From an uncultured Alphaproteobacteria bacterium (GTDB lineage: Bacteria > Bacteroidota > Ignavibacteria > OLB7), in NCBI GenBank assembly GCA_964455525.1, contig CAYVWR010000003.1, positions 323,475 through 387,474 on the forward strand: 64,000 nucleotides of DNA. The letters are read 5' to 3'. Every line of letters begins with the position of its first letter. The first letter of the stretch is position 1. Positions 62,951 to 64,000 of the stretch are shown piece by piece. A program made the translations under genes and the position numbers. The notes under the pieces are model-generated. The model was not told the DNA's origin. It saw only the letters and a program-made list of their open reading frames with translations, and ran no database searches.

Positions 62951-63056
62951 CGTGGCAGCACGGTGATGGCGTGAATGTGCCATAGGCGAACAACGTTCTG
63001 GCGCGGAGGGTACCAGGTGGGGTCTCCGCGCATTCATTCCAACTCCGCGAGAGACG

Positions 63057-63734
63057 ATGCACGATCTTATTCTCAAGGCCTCGCATACCACGCTTCCGGT
63101 GGGGAAGCTGCTCTGTCTCGGCAAGAACTATGAAAAGCATGCAAAGGAGATGGGAGCGGATGTGCCGGCCGATCCCGTGGTGTTCATGAAGCCGAGCACC
63201 GCCCTTCTTCGGAGCGGCGGCACCGTGCGTATCCCGGCGGTCTCGCGTGATATGCATCATGAAGTGGAGCTTGTCGTGGTGATCGGCCATGCCGCCCGCG
63301 ATGTCTGCGAAGAGGAGGCGATGAGCCATGTGCTCGGTTATGCCATCGGGCTTGATATGACCCTGCGCGATCTTCAGACCATCGCAAAGAAGCGGGGGGA
63401 ACCGTGGACGATCGCCAAGGGGTTCGATACCTCCGCGCCGATCAGCGATGTGGTGCTCAAGGATCAGATCCCTGACCCCCACGCGCTGTGGCTGAGGTTG
63501 AGCGTAAACGGCGAGACCCGCCAGCATGGTTCTACTGCGGATATGATTCTGAAGATCCCGTATCTGATCAGTTATCTCTCGCGCATATTTACGCTTGAGC
63601 GTGGAGACTGCATCTTCACCGGCACGCCGGAAGGTGTTGCTCAGGTTGTTGCCGGCGATCGCCTGCATGCGGAGATCGAGGGAATCGTCGGGCTGGATGT
63701 TGTGATCGGGGATCGGGCTGCCACAGAGGTATAG
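63057..63734 (+). CDS. Fumarylacetoacetate hydrolase (FAH)-family protein (2-keto-4-pentenoate hydratase/oxaloacetate decarboxylase-like).
   Basis: GKNYEKHAKEMG...PVVFMKPSTAL...HHEVELVVVIG...GYAIGLDMTLRD...WTIAKGFDT..PIS are FAH-fold motifs. Length 225 aa. Confidence 0.75.
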   Translation: MHDLILKASHTTLPVGKLLCLGKNYEKHAKEMGADVPADPVVFMKPSTALLRSGGTVRIPAVSRDMHHEVELVVVIGHAARDVCEEEAMSHVLGYAIGLDMTLRDLQTIAKKRGEPWTIAKGFDTSAPISDVVLKDQIPDPHALWLRLSVNGETRQHGSTADMILKIPYLISYLSRIFTLERGDCIFTGTPEGVAQVVAGDRLHAEIEGIVGLDVVIGDRAATEV

Positions 63735-63767
63735 GTGGGCATGATCGTGGGCCGCACTTCCGGTTGC

Positions 63768-64000
63768 CTACCGCACAAAAATCTCTTCCGGATCGCCACC
63801 GCCACGCGGGCATCGGTAGGTGCGTATCCGCCGTTCTGCGGTCAGGATGTCAGGCTTGTCTGCGATCTGTATATACACATCACCCATGCGTGCCCGTCGC
63901 GCCAATGCCTGCCCAAGCTGGAGCATCACGCGCGGTTCTGGATAGGGGGTGGCGTTCATCTCATCGACTGCCCAGAACAGCGGGTTGAATCCGCCATCGG
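63768..64000 (-). CDS. 3' part of a minus-strand ORF of unknown function that continues beyond the window end.
   Basis: Frame open to base 64000 (DGGFNPLFWAVDEMNATPYPEP...). No recognisable motif. Confidence 0.25.
   Translation of the reverse strand, partial: DGGFNPLFWAVDEMNATPYPEPRVMLQLGQALARRARMGDVYIQIADKPDILTAERRIRTYRCPRGGGDPEEIFVR

Noticed and set aside
62060-63124. 354-aa minus-strand ORF.
   Set aside because: Antisense to the lipoprotein gene and the start of the FAH gene. The plus-strand genes have a clear signal peptide/lipobox and FAH motifs respectively.

Overview
This is a high-GC (~60%) bacterial window containing two unrelated neighbourhoods.

Bases 1-24,600 are a cell-surface polysaccharide locus:
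- a Wzy_C-type polymerase/ligase-like membrane protein
- three family-4 glycosyltransferases
- an AsnB-type amidotransferase
- a DUF354-like protein
- a polyprenyl-phosphate sugar transferase
- a Gfo/Idh/MocA oxidoreductase
- a 2-oxoacid dehydrogenase E1 alpha/beta pair followed by a lipoyl-domain/subunit-binding-domain/hexapeptide-acyltransferase fusion
- an NAD-dependent epimerase
- a FemAB-like acyltransferase
- a NodB-type deacetylase
- a SAM methyltransferase
- a GDP-heptose-type cassette (nucleotidyltransferase, GHMP kinase, GmhA isomerase)
- the regulator Rnk and a family-9 heptosyltransferase

Bases ~25,000-58,900 are the unusual part:
- A near-perfect 2,871-bp tandem duplication sits at 25021-27891 and 27892-30762. 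Each copy carries a 707-aa signal-peptide protein and the first ~150 codons of the next gene.
- Three co-directional giant ORFs of unknown function follow (2,655, 2,848 and 3,284 aa; about 26.7 kb in total).
- The first giant ORF carries a subtilase (peptidase S8) catalytic triad that is widely spread by insertions.
- The second and third giant ORFs share a repeated Cys/Trp motif, C-x2-W-x2-L-L-x-C-L-x3-C.
- A BchI/ChlI-like AAA+ ATPase with non-canonical Walker A (GxxGxAKT) and Walker B (NE instead of DE) closes the block.

The 3' end carries housekeeping genes: argD, an unannotated bS22/THX-like 31-aa basic peptide, a zinc-ribbon/TPR protein, HU/IHF, a lipoprotein and a fumarylacetoacetate-hydrolase-family enzyme.

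No CRISPR array, transposase, rRNA or tRNA was recognised. Most long minus-strand ORFs in the track are antisense artefacts of the high GC content. A phylum guess of Bacteroidota/Chlorobiota-like is low confidence; it rests on the bS22-like peptide and starts that lack a clear ribosome-binding site.
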